From positions 17,460-81,459 of the forward strand of contig JAFWRQ010000037.1 of assembly GCA_017519865.1 (NCBI GenBank): a stretch of 64,000 bases of DNA. The letters are read 5' to 3'. A program made the translations under genes and the position numbers. Below, piece after piece: positions 9,484-18,367 of the stretch (position 1 is its first letter; the number at the start of each line of letters is the position of its first letter). Below the pieces are notes generated by a model. It worked only from the letters and a program-made list of their open reading frames with translations, was not told the DNA's origin and did no database searches. The DNA comes from Bacteroidales bacterium (GTDB lineage: Bacteria > Bacteroidota > Bacteroidia > Bacteroidales > UBA932).

Positions 9484-10785
9484 ATGAAAGAAATCAGATT
9501 CGTATCCGCCGACGAGGCAGTAAGCCACATCAAGTCCCACAGCCATATCCATCTCAGCAGCGTTGCCAGCGTTCCCCACATCCTTATCCAGGCACTGTGC
9601 CGCAGGGCCGATGCAGGGGATGTCACGGACCTGCATTTCCATCATTTCCATACTGAAGGTCCCGCACCTTACTCCGAGCCGCGTTACGAAGGGATCTTCT
9701 TCGAGCAGGGCTTCTTCGTGGGTCCCAATGTGCGGGCCAATGTCAATGCCGGATATGCCGACTATCTCCCGGTACATCTCGGTGAGAGCCAGAAACTCTA
9801 CCGCGACGGCTTTATCAAACTCGGAGCGGCGCTGGTGAATGTCTCGCGTCCCGACGCCAACGGAATGGTGTCGCTCGGCACCTCCGTCGACTGCTCAGTC
9901 GCTGCCGTCGAGACTGCCGAACTCGTCATCGGAGTCATCAATCCCAATGTCCCTTACGCCCACGGCGACCTCGTGTCGCTGGACCGTTTCGATTACCTGG
10001 TGGAGGATGATACTCCGCTCGTAACAGCCAATTTCGCGGAACCTACTCCCACGGAAGTCCTGATAGGAAAGAACTGCGCCGCGCTCGTCGAGGACGGCGA
10101 CTGCATCCAGATGGGCATCGGCGCCCTGCCGAACGCCCTAGCGGCACAGTTGGGCGGCCACAAGAACCTCGGTCTGCATACCGAGATGTTCGCTGACGGA
10201 CTGCTTCGCCTGATCAAGTCGGGCGTCATAAACGGTGCCTGCAAGAAGATAGACACCGGCAAGGTCGTCGCCTCTTTCCTGCTTGGCAGCCAGGATGTCT
10301 ATTCCTTCATAGATGACAATCCAATGGTCCTTATGAAGGACATCGCCTATACCAACGACCCTTTTGTCATTGCGCAGAATCCCCACATGAAGGCTATCAA
10401 CTCCGCCACCGAGGTGGACATAACCGGACAGATCAGCGCCGACTCCATCGGCACCCGCATCTTCTCCGGCACCGGCGGTCAGGTGGAGTTCGTCAGGGGA
10501 GCCACCATGTCCAAGGGCGGAAAGTCCATCACGGCCTTCGCCTCGCGCACAAACAAGGGCAAGAACAAGATAGTCTCGGTTCTCAATCCCGGCGCAGGAG
10601 TGGTGACTCCGCGCGCGGACGCGCACTGGATCGTCACCGAGTACGGCGCCGTCGACCTCTACGGCAAGTCCCTCCAGGAAAGGGCCAAGCTCATGATCAG
10701 CATCGCCCATCCCGACGACCGTGAAATGCTCGATCGCGAAGCCTTCGAGCGTTTCGGCCCTCATTGGCACAACTTCAGCATCTAG
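9484..10785 (+). CDS. Acetyl-CoA hydrolase/CoA-transferase family protein
   Basis: SLGTSVD, QMGIGALP, HTEMFADG (catalytic Glu), GTGGQVEFVRGA, VTEYG; ATG at 9484 chosen downstream of the promoter. Confidence 0.88.
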   Translation: MKEIRFVSADEAVSHIKSHSHIHLSSVASVPHILIQALCRRADAGDVTDLHFHHFHTEGPAPYSEPRYEGIFFEQGFFVGPNVRANVNAGYADYLPVHLGESQKLYRDGFIKLGAALVNVSRPDANGMVSLGTSVDCSVAAVETAELVIGVINPNVPYAHGDLVSLDRFDYLVEDDTPLVTANFAEPTPTEVLIGKNCAALVEDGDCIQMGIGALPNALAAQLGGHKNLGLHTEMFADGLLRLIKSGVINGACKKIDTGKVVASFLLGSQDVYSFIDDNPMVLMKDIAYTNDPFVIAQNPHMKAINSATEVDITGQISADSIGTRIFSGTGGQVEFVRGATMSKGGKSITAFASRTNKGKNKIVSVLNPGAGVVTPRADAHWIVTEYGAVDLYGKSLQERAKLMISIAHPDDREMLDREAFERFGPHWHNFSI

Positions 10786-11062
10786 CGCCGACTCGGCCCG
10801 CCGGCGTTGCAGAGCCCTCCCGCCCTAAAGCCCTCGAGGGGGATAACGAATGCTCCAGTTTTTTTGGAGAGGAAAAGTGTTTGGCGGGGACAAGTTGGTG
10901 GAAGTGTGGTTTGTAAATGCACGCTGGTGGGGAGGACACAAACTGACCGTCCGGCTCCATTGTCCTTCGGTTAAACTTTCTTTATCCGCATAAAATTACT
11001 ACTTTTGTTGTACAAGCCTTGGAACAGAAAACCTCTCTGCAAATCTTAGGTTTGTGTCCGTT

Positions 11063-11779
11063 ATGGAGAACTGGAAAGAAAGGACAGAGATGCTGCTGGG
11101 CGCGGAGGGTGCCCGGCGGTTGTGCGATGCTCGCGTCGCCGTGATCGGCGTCGGGGGTGTCGGCGGGTTCGCCGCCGAGGCGCTCGCACGCGCCGGCGTC
11201 GGCCACTTGCTGGCACTGGACTCCGACGAGGTGTCCGAGACCAACCGCAACCGCCAGATCCTCGCCCTGAGTTCCACTGTCGGACGTCCGAAGTGTGACG
11301 TCCTCCGCGACCGTCTTATGGACATTAATCCTGAACTTGATCTGGTAACCATTCCGGAGTATATCACTGAAGAGAACGTCGCATCTTTGCTTGACGGCCA
11401 CAGGATAGATTTCCTTGTCGATGCCATCGATACCCTCAGTCCTAAGATATGCCTTATCCAGTACTGCCTGAAGAGGGGAGTGCCGATGGTGTCGTCGATG
11501 GGCGCGGGTGCCAAACTGGATGCCACCGCCGTGCGAGTCGCGGACATAGCGCAGACGCGCATGTGCCCGCTTGCGCACATGCTCCGCAAGCGCCTTCACA
11601 AACTCGGCATCTTCACTGGCTTCCAGGCGGTATTCTCGATCGAGGAGCCCCGTCGAGATTCGGTGGTACTTGAGGCCAGCCGCAACAAGAAGTCGCAGGT
11701 CGGTACCGTTTCTTATCTGCCTTCCGTGTTCGGAGCCGTTTGCGCCCAGGTCGCCATCCGCTCGATTGTGGGAATCTAG
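11063..11779 (+). CDS. tcdA: tRNA threonylcarbamoyladenosine dehydratase (ThiF/E1-like)
   Basis: GVGGVGG, D.D.V..TN.NRQ, VDAID, SSMGAG, CPLA..LRKRL. Confidence 0.82.
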   Translation: MENWKERTEMLLGAEGARRLCDARVAVIGVGGVGGFAAEALARAGVGHLLALDSDEVSETNRNRQILALSSTVGRPKCDVLRDRLMDINPELDLVTIPEYITEENVASLLDGHRIDFLVDAIDTLSPKICLIQYCLKRGVPMVSSMGAGAKLDATAVRVADIAQTRMCPLAHMLRKRLHKLGIFTGFQAVFSIEEPRRDSVVLEASRNKKSQVGTVSYLPSVFGAVCAQVAIRSIVGI

Positions 11780-11828
11780 CGGATTTTTATTAACTTTGCA
11801 GACTTTTTGTACTAAATCTGAACTGAAA

Positions 11829-12950
11829 ATGTCCAAGTATAATGTTGTGGAGGTGGTATCTCGCAGGGACCTGATGCGTTTCATCAAGTTCCCGGACCGC
11901 CTTTACAAGGATTGCCCCCAGTATGTCCCTGCCCTGCATTCGGACCAGGTTAACTCCCTTACCAAGGTTTCGACGCTGAGTTACTGCAAGCGCCGGATGT
12001 GGATGGTGATGGATGGAAAGGAAGTCGTCGGCCGGATCTGCGGTATGATTAACCCGCGCTATAACGAACTGTACAACAAGAAGCGCGCGCGTTTCGGATG
12101 GTTCGACACAGTCAATGACATCGAGGTGGCGCGCCTGCTGCTCGGCACAGCCGAGGCGTGGGCAAAGGAGGAAGGCATGACCGAGATACACGGACCGCTG
12201 TATTACAATACCTTGGGCAAGCAGGGAATGCTGGTGGAGGGTTTCGAGAACATTCCTCCCTTCAACTGCATCTACAACTACCCGTACTACAACGACCTGG
12301 TGACGGCCCTGGGCTTCACCAAGGAATGCGACTGGGTGCAGTACGATGTGGCAGCCGACCACGACATCCCTGAGAAGACCGAGCGCGTGGCCAACATAGT
12401 CATGCAACGCTATAATCTTCATACGGGCAGTATGAACAAATTGAAGAAGGATCCGGAGAAAGTCCGCTATTTCTTCAAGGTATACAATGACAGTTTCGCT
12501 TCGGCGGTGTACAACTTCATTCCCTTCACCGAAGAGGAGATCGAAGAGGAGGCAAAGGCCTCGTTGAGATTTGTGTCGGACAAGACCAGCACCCTGCTGC
12601 TGGATGAGAACGACAATGTCGTGGCTTTCGGCATTTCGTTCCCGTCAATCTCTAAGGCCCTGCAGAAGGCCAAGGGCAGATTGTTCCCCTTCGGGTGGAT
12701 CCACCTGCTGCGTGCCCTTCACGACTATGAGACCTGCGACCTAATGATCAATGGAGCGGTGCCTGAGTGGCAAAACAAGGGGGTGTCGGCAGTGTACTAC
12801 AAGGATATGTCCGTCAAGGCCAAGAAGATAGGCAACATACACGCCATCACCAATCCCCAGATCGAGACCAACAGCGCGGTCAACATCTGGAACAGTTACG
12901 ACAACGAGCCGTTCATGCGGCGCCGCTGTTATTTGAAACAAATTGATTAA
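11829..12950 (+). CDS. GNAT-fold, YghO-like putative N-acetyltransferase
   Basis: FIKFP..LY, VVGRI, RFGWFD, GMLVEGF, YNYPYY, GRLFPFGW, VPEWQNKG; TAACTTTG promoter at 11791-11798. Confidence 0.7.
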   Translation: MSKYNVVEVVSRRDLMRFIKFPDRLYKDCPQYVPALHSDQVNSLTKVSTLSYCKRRMWMVMDGKEVVGRICGMINPRYNELYNKKRARFGWFDTVNDIEVARLLLGTAEAWAKEEGMTEIHGPLYYNTLGKQGMLVEGFENIPPFNCIYNYPYYNDLVTALGFTKECDWVQYDVAADHDIPEKTERVANIVMQRYNLHTGSMNKLKKDPEKVRYFFKVYNDSFASAVYNFIPFTEEEIEEEAKASLRFVSDKTSTLLLDENDNVVAFGISFPSISKALQKAKGRLFPFGWIHLLRALHDYETCDLMINGAVPEWQNKGVSAVYYKDMSVKAKKIGNIHAITNPQIETNSAVNIWNSYDNEPFMRRRCYLKQID

Positions 12951-12967
12951 CAAATACCTACCATATT

Positions 12968-14056
12968 ATGGCAGACAATACTTTGCTTGAGAAAGTCCTC
13001 TCCCTGCAGGATAAATACCAGTCCCTGCAGGACCAGCTTGCAAGTCCGGACGTAATGTCCGACATGAAGCGCTATGTCCAGCTGAACAAGGACTACAAGC
13101 AGCTGGAGCCTATCATCAAGGCCGGCCTTGAATACAAGATGATGCTCGACGAGCTGGCCTCGGCGAAGGATATCCTCATCAATGAAAAGGACGAGGACCT
13201 TCGCGAGATGGCCCGCGACGAGATAAACGATATCGAACCGAAACTCCCCGACATGGAGCAGAATATCAAGCTCCTGCTCATCCCCGCCGATCCCGACGAC
13301 TCAAAGAACGCCATGGTCGAGATCCGCGGCGGCACCGGAGGCGACGAGGCTGCCATATTCGCCGGCGACCTTTTCCGCATGTATTCCAAGTTCGCTGAGA
13401 CCAAGGGCTGGAAACTGGAAGTCACTGACCAGGCCCCCGGCACTGCCGGCGGCTATAAGCAGATCGTCTTCAAACTTTCAGGCAACGACGGCGTCTATGG
13501 CATCATGAAATACGAGTCCGGCGTGCACCGCGTGCAGCGTGTGCCCCAGACCGAGACCCAGGGCCGCATCCAGACTTCCGCAGCCTCCGTGGCCGTTTTC
13601 CCGGAAGCCGGTGAATTCGATATCGAGCTGGACCCGAACGATATCCGCAAGGACCTCTTCTGCTCGTCCGGCCCCGGCGGCCAGGGCGTCAACACTACGT
13701 ATTCCGCCGTCCGCCTGACCCATATCCCTTCGGGCATCGTGGTCCAGTGCCAGGAGGAACGCTCGCAGCTAAAGAATCTCGACCGCGCGATGGAGGAACT
13801 CCGTACGCGTCTCTATAACATGGAGCATCAGAAGTATCTCGACGGTATCGCCGCCAAGCGCAAGACCATGGTCTCCACGGGCGACCGTTCGGCCAAGATC
13901 CGCACGTACAACTATCCTCAGGGCCGCGTCACCGACCACCGCATCAACTGGAGCATGTACAACCTGCCCGTCTTCATGGACGGAGACATACAGGAATGCA
14001 TCGACCAGTTGCAGGTCGCTGAAAATGCCGAGAGGCTTAAAGAAGCGGGAGATTGA
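12968..14056 (+). CDS. prfA: Peptide chain release factor 1
   Basis: GGDEAAIF, ESGVHRVQRVPQT (RF1 PxT motif), GPGGQ, KIRTYNYPQGR. Confidence 0.96.
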   Translation: MADNTLLEKVLSLQDKYQSLQDQLASPDVMSDMKRYVQLNKDYKQLEPIIKAGLEYKMMLDELASAKDILINEKDEDLREMARDEINDIEPKLPDMEQNIKLLLIPADPDDSKNAMVEIRGGTGGDEAAIFAGDLFRMYSKFAETKGWKLEVTDQAPGTAGGYKQIVFKLSGNDGVYGIMKYESGVHRVQRVPQTETQGRIQTSAASVAVFPEAGEFDIELDPNDIRKDLFCSSGPGGQGVNTTYSAVRLTHIPSGIVVQCQEERSQLKNLDRAMEELRTRLYNMEHQKYLDGIAAKRKTMVSTGDRSAKIRTYNYPQGRVTDHRINWSMYNLPVFMDGDIQECIDQLQVAENAERLKEAGD

Positions 14057-14062
14057 AACGAC

Positions 14063-14096
14063 AGAAGCGGGAGATTGATTCTCCCGCTTCTTTTTT
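14063..14096 (+). terminator. Rho-independent terminator after prfA
   Basis: agaagcgggaga-ttgat-tctcccgcttct followed by a T run. Confidence 0.85.
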
Positions 14097-14149
14097 ATAT
14101 CAGCCCCTAAGGCATATTCCTACTTGAAAGCCTGACGCAATGTGCGTAG

Positions 14150-15406
14150 TCATTCCGCCCTGCGGAAGGCGATGCAGGCATTGTGGCCTCCGAATCCGAA
14201 GGAGTTGGAAATGCCGAGGGTGAGGTCCGCCTTGACCGATTTGTTGGGCGTGTAGTCGAGGTCGCATTCCGGGTCGGGGTTCCTGAGGTTGATGGTCGGG
14301 GGGACTATGCCGTCGCGAAGGGCGAGGACGGTGGCGATGGCTTCGGCCGCTCCGGTGGCACCGAACATGTGCCCGTGCATGGACTTGGTCGAACTGATAT
14401 GGCATTTGTATGCGAAATCGCCGAACGCGATCTTGCAGGCCTTGGTCTCGGCCAGGTCGTTGAGTTTCGTTCCTGTGCCGTGGGCGTTTATGTAGACACA
14501 GTCCTTTGATGCATCGAAGCCTGCCTCACGGAGCGCTATGGATATGCTTTCTGCCTGTGTGGTGCCGTCCGGGCGGGGAGCGGTCATGTGGTAGGCGTCG
14601 CTGGTGCAGCCGTAGCCTACCATCTCGCCATATATCTTTGCGCCACGGGCTTTAGCGTGCCCGTATTCTTCAAGGATGAGCACGCCGGCTCCGTCGGCCA
14701 TAACGAAACCTTCCCTGTCGGCATTGAAGGGGAGCGATGCGTATTTGGGATCCTCGGCACGGGTGAGGGCCTTGGCATTGGCGAACGCAGCCAGGCCGAT
14801 AGGAATGGTACACTGGTCCGTACCGCCGGAGATGATGGCATCGGCATAACCATGTTTGATGGCCCGGTAGGCCTCGCCGATGGAGTTCGTGGCAGTTGCG
14901 CAGGCAGTCACGACGTCTATGCAAGGACCTGTGGCATAGTGTCTTATGGCGATGTTGCCTGCGGCGATGTTGGAGATCATGGTGGGAACGAACAACGGCG
15001 AGATCCACTGGCCCGAAGGGTCCTCGAGGAACTTGCCGATCTCGCGGATCTGGACATTGAACCCGCCGATGCCGGAGCCGACATATACGCCAAGCCGGGA
15101 AGGCTCAATGTTCTTCCCTTCTCCGTCGGAAAGCAGCCCGGAGTCCTCCATGGCCTGATGCGCCGCGGCTACGCCATAGATGGTGAACCAGTCCTGCTTG
15201 CGCATGAAAGGCTTGTCGATGCCGTATCTGTCAGGGTCGAAATCCTTTATGCGGCCTCCGATCTTGACCGGAAGTTCGTCGGTAGGGAAGTCAGTGATGC
15301 TCTCTATGCCGCAGACACCGTTCCTGAGGCTGTCCCAGAATGTCTGAATATCGTTTCCGACAGGGGAGATGACCCCGAGTCCGGTAATAACTACACGTCT
15401 GTCCAT
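14150..15406 (-). CDS. fabF: Beta-ketoacyl-ACP synthase II
   Basis: VVITGLG, TACAT (Cys), NAHGTGT, KSMHGH, SNSFGFGGHN. Confidence 0.92.
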   Translation of the reverse strand: MDRRVVITGLGVISPVGNDIQTFWDSLRNGVCGIESITDFPTDELPVKIGGRIKDFDPDRYGIDKPFMRKQDWFTIYGVAAAHQAMEDSGLLSDGEGKNIEPSRLGVYVGSGIGGFNVQIREIGKFLEDPSGQWISPLFVPTMISNIAAGNIAIRHYATGPCIDVVTACATATNSIGEAYRAIKHGYADAIISGGTDQCTIPIGLAAFANAKALTRAEDPKYASLPFNADREGFVMADGAGVLILEEYGHAKARGAKIYGEMVGYGCTSDAYHMTAPRPDGTTQAESISIALREAGFDASKDCVYINAHGTGTKLNDLAETKACKIAFGDFAYKCHISSTKSMHGHMFGATGAAEAIATVLALRDGIVPPTINLRNPDPECDLDYTPNKSVKADLTLGISNSFGFGGHNACIAFRRAE

Positions 15407-15434
15407 GTTAATTGCATATGCTCGATTCGAGTGA

Positions 15435-15463
15435 CAAATATAGGCATTTTTTGTTTATCTTTG
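15435..15463. promoter_or_regulatory. Divergent -7 promoter elements for fabF and the LytTR gene
   Basis: TATATTTG on minus at 15435-15442; TATCTTTG on plus at 15456-15463. Confidence 0.7.
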
Positions 15464-15468
15464 CAGAT

Positions 15469-16368
15469 ATGTTCGCGCTGAATGAAAGGATTCCCGGGTA
15501 TCTTCTTGGCAAGTACCAGCTTACTGCGACGGTGACGTTCACCGCCTTCTTCTCGCTGTTCTTCCTGATGTTCAGCATCCCGTTCTCCCACAACGCCTGG
15601 TTCGAACTGCGCGCCACGGATGCTTTCGGTTTCACGGTCCTTTTCTACCTCCTTTCACTGGCTCTCGTGATTGTCAGCAAGCGCGTCCTTTTCGTTACCT
15701 ATCGTGAGAGACCTCAGAAACCCACGTTCCTCCACTATATCCTCTGGAACCTGGTGGAGATCCTCGCCATCTGCGCCCTCTATACCGTCCTCACCATCAA
15801 GGGCAACGACATGGGCATCATCGACAACGGAGGCGAGAAATGGCAGCAGGTGTTCTTCAACGCCTTCATATACTGCCTGATGACCATGGCCGTGCCCTAT
15901 GTCATCTGCGGGATGTACTTCGCCATAATCGACAAGAACAATACCATCCGCGTGATGAACTACAGCACGGTGGTGTCGGACGAGGTCTATACCCCCCAGG
16001 AGGAAAAGAAGATCACGCTGTTCGACAGCGGCGGCGCATTGCGCTTCTCGGTGACTTCCTCAAACCTCTTCTACATCGAGTCGGACGACAACTATGTCAA
16101 GGTCTGGTACACGGACAGCCAGGGAGAGATGAAACAGTATATGCTCCGCTGCCGCCTGAAGACCATCGAGGAGAGTTTCGCGGACAGCGAACTCGTGCGC
16201 TGCAACCGTAAATACGTCGTAAACATGGACCATGTCCGCGTATTGCGCAAGGGCAGGGACAATTATGTGCTCGAACTCGACAACGATGCCATCCCTCCGC
16301 TTCCAATAACAAAAACGTACGAGGAGAATGTCCTCGCACGTTTCAATGCTAGTTATCACGGGGAGTAG
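15469..16368 (+). CDS. Membrane-anchored LytTR-family transcriptional regulator
   Basis: About four hydrophobic helices followed by LFYIESDDNYV, LRCRLKTIEE, LVRCNRKYVVN (LytTR domain). Confidence 0.85.
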   Translation: MFALNERIPGYLLGKYQLTATVTFTAFFSLFFLMFSIPFSHNAWFELRATDAFGFTVLFYLLSLALVIVSKRVLFVTYRERPQKPTFLHYILWNLVEILAICALYTVLTIKGNDMGIIDNGGEKWQQVFFNAFIYCLMTMAVPYVICGMYFAIIDKNNTIRVMNYSTVVSDEVYTPQEEKKITLFDSGGALRFSVTSSNLFYIESDDNYVKVWYTDSQGEMKQYMLRCRLKTIEESFADSELVRCNRKYVVNMDHVRVLRKGRDNYVLELDNDAIPPLPITKTYEENVLARFNASYHGE

Positions 16369-16383
16369 TCCCGTGAAGTCACT

Positions 16384-16815
16384 TTACCTGTTTTTCTTCT
16401 TAGTACGCAGGCGGTTGACGCTGTCGGCCACCATTATGTCCGATGCGATGCCGCGTGCGGCCAGAAGGTCGAAGACCAATGCCGCGAGCGGGAATATCGC
16501 AGTCAGGCGGAATACGAGCGAACTGTCCGCCGTGAAATAATCGACGGCGATCCATACCTGCAGCGCGAGCGTGATCAGAGCCGCCAGAACCGCCGTCCTC
16601 ATCTGGAACACTCGGAACCTGAAAGCCGTAAGGGCCAGGAAATCCAGTATGACGATGACGATTATCAGGATGAGATAGGGGACGTATGCCGTATACTTTA
16701 TCTCCTGTGCGAAACTGCCGTCAGCACCGGGGACGACGGCCTTCAGGCTGAACAACATTGCGGCGATAAGGCCCGTCGCAAGCACCAGGTACAGGGTTTG
16801 GATTCTCTGCCACAT
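16384..16815 (-). CDS. DUF4293-like membrane protein
   Basis: MWQRIQTLYL start, four TM segments, LAARGI..D...V.S.NRLR end; TATTTTTG promoter on minus at 16841-16848. Confidence 0.75.
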   Translation of the reverse strand: MWQRIQTLYLVLATGLIAAMLFSLKAVVPGADGSFAQEIKYTAYVPYLILIIVIVILDFLALTAFRFRVFQMRTAVLAALITLALQVWIAVDYFTADSSLVFRLTAIFPLAALVFDLLAARGIASDIMVADSVNRLRTKKKNR

Positions 16816-16869
16816 GATAAAAAATTTTAAAAATCACTTGCAAAAATAGGAATTTCGCCGGTAAAAAAC

Positions 16870-16877
16870 TAAATTTG
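16870..16877 (+). promoter_or_regulatory. -7 promoter element of the LeuA-like/ligase/oxidoreductase operon
   Basis: TAAATTTG about 70 nt upstream of the ATG at 16949. Confidence 0.65.
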
Positions 16878-16948
16878 TAGGAAATGCCCCCTTTCCGCCG
16901 CAAGGTGGGGGCTGTTGGTTAGTTTATACGGTTAGTGTCAGTAGTGTT

Positions 16949-18367
16949 ATGGAACGCAGGATCTATGTCGGCGACGTTACCATGAAGCAGGCCCGTGGCC
17001 TGTCCGGAGAGTCGCTTTCCTTCCGTCAGAAAATAGAGCTCGCAAAACTCCTCGACAAGCTCGGGGTGTCGGTCATCGAGTCCGCTCCGCTTCGGAACGG
17101 CAAGTCCGACAGCCTTCTGGTGAAGTCGCTGGCTTCTGCCATAAAGGATAGCGTGCTGGCCGTCCCGGTCGAGATAATGGACCCCGCCAGCGTGCAGGTG
17201 ACCTGGAACGCCCTGTGCGGTGCAGCGCATCCCAGGATGCAGGTCTGTGTCCCCGTCAGCACCGTCCAGATGGAGTATCTCTGTCATCGCAAGCCGGCCG
17301 ACATACTTGGGCTGATCTCTTCGCAGGTGTCCGCCTGCGCTGCCCTTTGTCCTGAAGTCGAATTCGTCGCCGAGGACTTCGGCCGCAGCGACCCCGCCTT
17401 CCTGGCAGATGCTGTCGCTGCCGCAACCGGAGCCGGCGCCGGCATCGTCACGGTCTGCGACGCCGCCGGGAACCTTCTTCCGGACGAATTCCACGCCTCC
17501 GTGGCGGAGGTCCGCAGGATACTCCCCGAAGGTGTCAGGCTCGGAGTCTATTGCTCCAACCTCATGTTCCAGGCCGACTCCTGTGCAATCGCCGCAGTAC
17601 GGGCCGGGGCCGATGAAGTCAAGACCATGCCTTACGGCAATATCACGGTGTCGCTCAAGCGTTTCGTGAAGATCCTGGACGCCAAGTCCGACCTCTGCCG
17701 CGCCCGCAGCAGTGTCAGGGTCATCGACCTTGACAGGACAGTAGAGCGGATCAAGGTCCTGTGCGAGGCGCGTTCGTCCAAGTCTTCCAAGCCACTCGAG
17801 GGACTGGACATCGACAGGGAGGCACTCACCCTCACGCAGCACGATGACCGTGATGCCGTGCTCAAGGTAGTTTCCAAACTCGGATACGACTTGGGTGAAG
17901 AGGACGCTAACCGGGTGTACGAGACATTCGTTAGGATAGCCTCCAAAAGTGAGTCGGTCGAGGCCAAGGAACTCGACGCCATCGTAGCGTCGGTGGCTTA
18001 CCAGGTGCCCCCGACCTACCGCATCGAGAGTTACGTCATCAATTCCGGCAATATCATTTCCGCGACCTGTCACCTGCGCCTGCGCAAGGGCGACGGCATC
18101 CTGGAAAGTGTCTGCGTGGGCGACGGCCCCGTGGATGCGGCATTCCAGGCGGTGGACAAGGTCGTAGGACGCCAGTACGAACTCGACGACTTCCAGATCC
18201 GTTCCGTCGCCGAAGGACGCGAGGCGATGGGTGAGGCCGTCGTGCGCCTGCGCTATGGCGGCAAGGTCTATTCCGGCAGGGGAGTGTCGCGCGACATCGT
18301 CGGGTCCAGCCTTATGGCCTATCTTAACGCCGTCAACAAGATGGCATATGAGGAGGACGAGGCATGA
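16949..18367 (+). CDS. Degenerate 2-isopropylmalate synthase-like protein (TIM barrel plus intact LeuA allosteric domain)
   Basis: LeuA-like layout (K.ELAKLLDKLGV.VIE, EFVAEDFGRSD) and C-terminal GDGPVDAA, GREAMGEA, GRGVSRDIVGSS..AYLNAVNK; catalytic DTTLRDGEQ and HCHND motifs are replaced. Confidence 0.8.
   Translation: MERRIYVGDVTMKQARGLSGESLSFRQKIELAKLLDKLGVSVIESAPLRNGKSDSLLVKSLASAIKDSVLAVPVEIMDPASVQVTWNALCGAAHPRMQVCVPVSTVQMEYLCHRKPADILGLISSQVSACAALCPEVEFVAEDFGRSDPAFLADAVAAATGAGAGIVTVCDAAGNLLPDEFHASVAEVRRILPEGVRLGVYCSNLMFQADSCAIAAVRAGADEVKTMPYGNITVSLKRFVKILDAKSDLCRARSSVRVIDLDRTVERIKVLCEARSSKSSKPLEGLDIDREALTLTQHDDRDAVLKVVSKLGYDLGEEDANRVYETFVRIASKSESVEAKELDAIVASVAYQVPPTYRIESYVINSGNIISATCHLRLRKGDGILESVCVGDGPVDAAFQAVDKVVGRQYELDDFQIRSVAEGREAMGEAVVRLRYGGKVYSGRGVSRDIVGSSLMAYLNAVNKMAYEEDEA

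Noticed and set aside
10775-10960. 61-aa minus-strand ORF in the intergenic gap
   Set aside because: Atypical codon usage, no motif and no clear promoter; more likely non-coding or repeat-derived.
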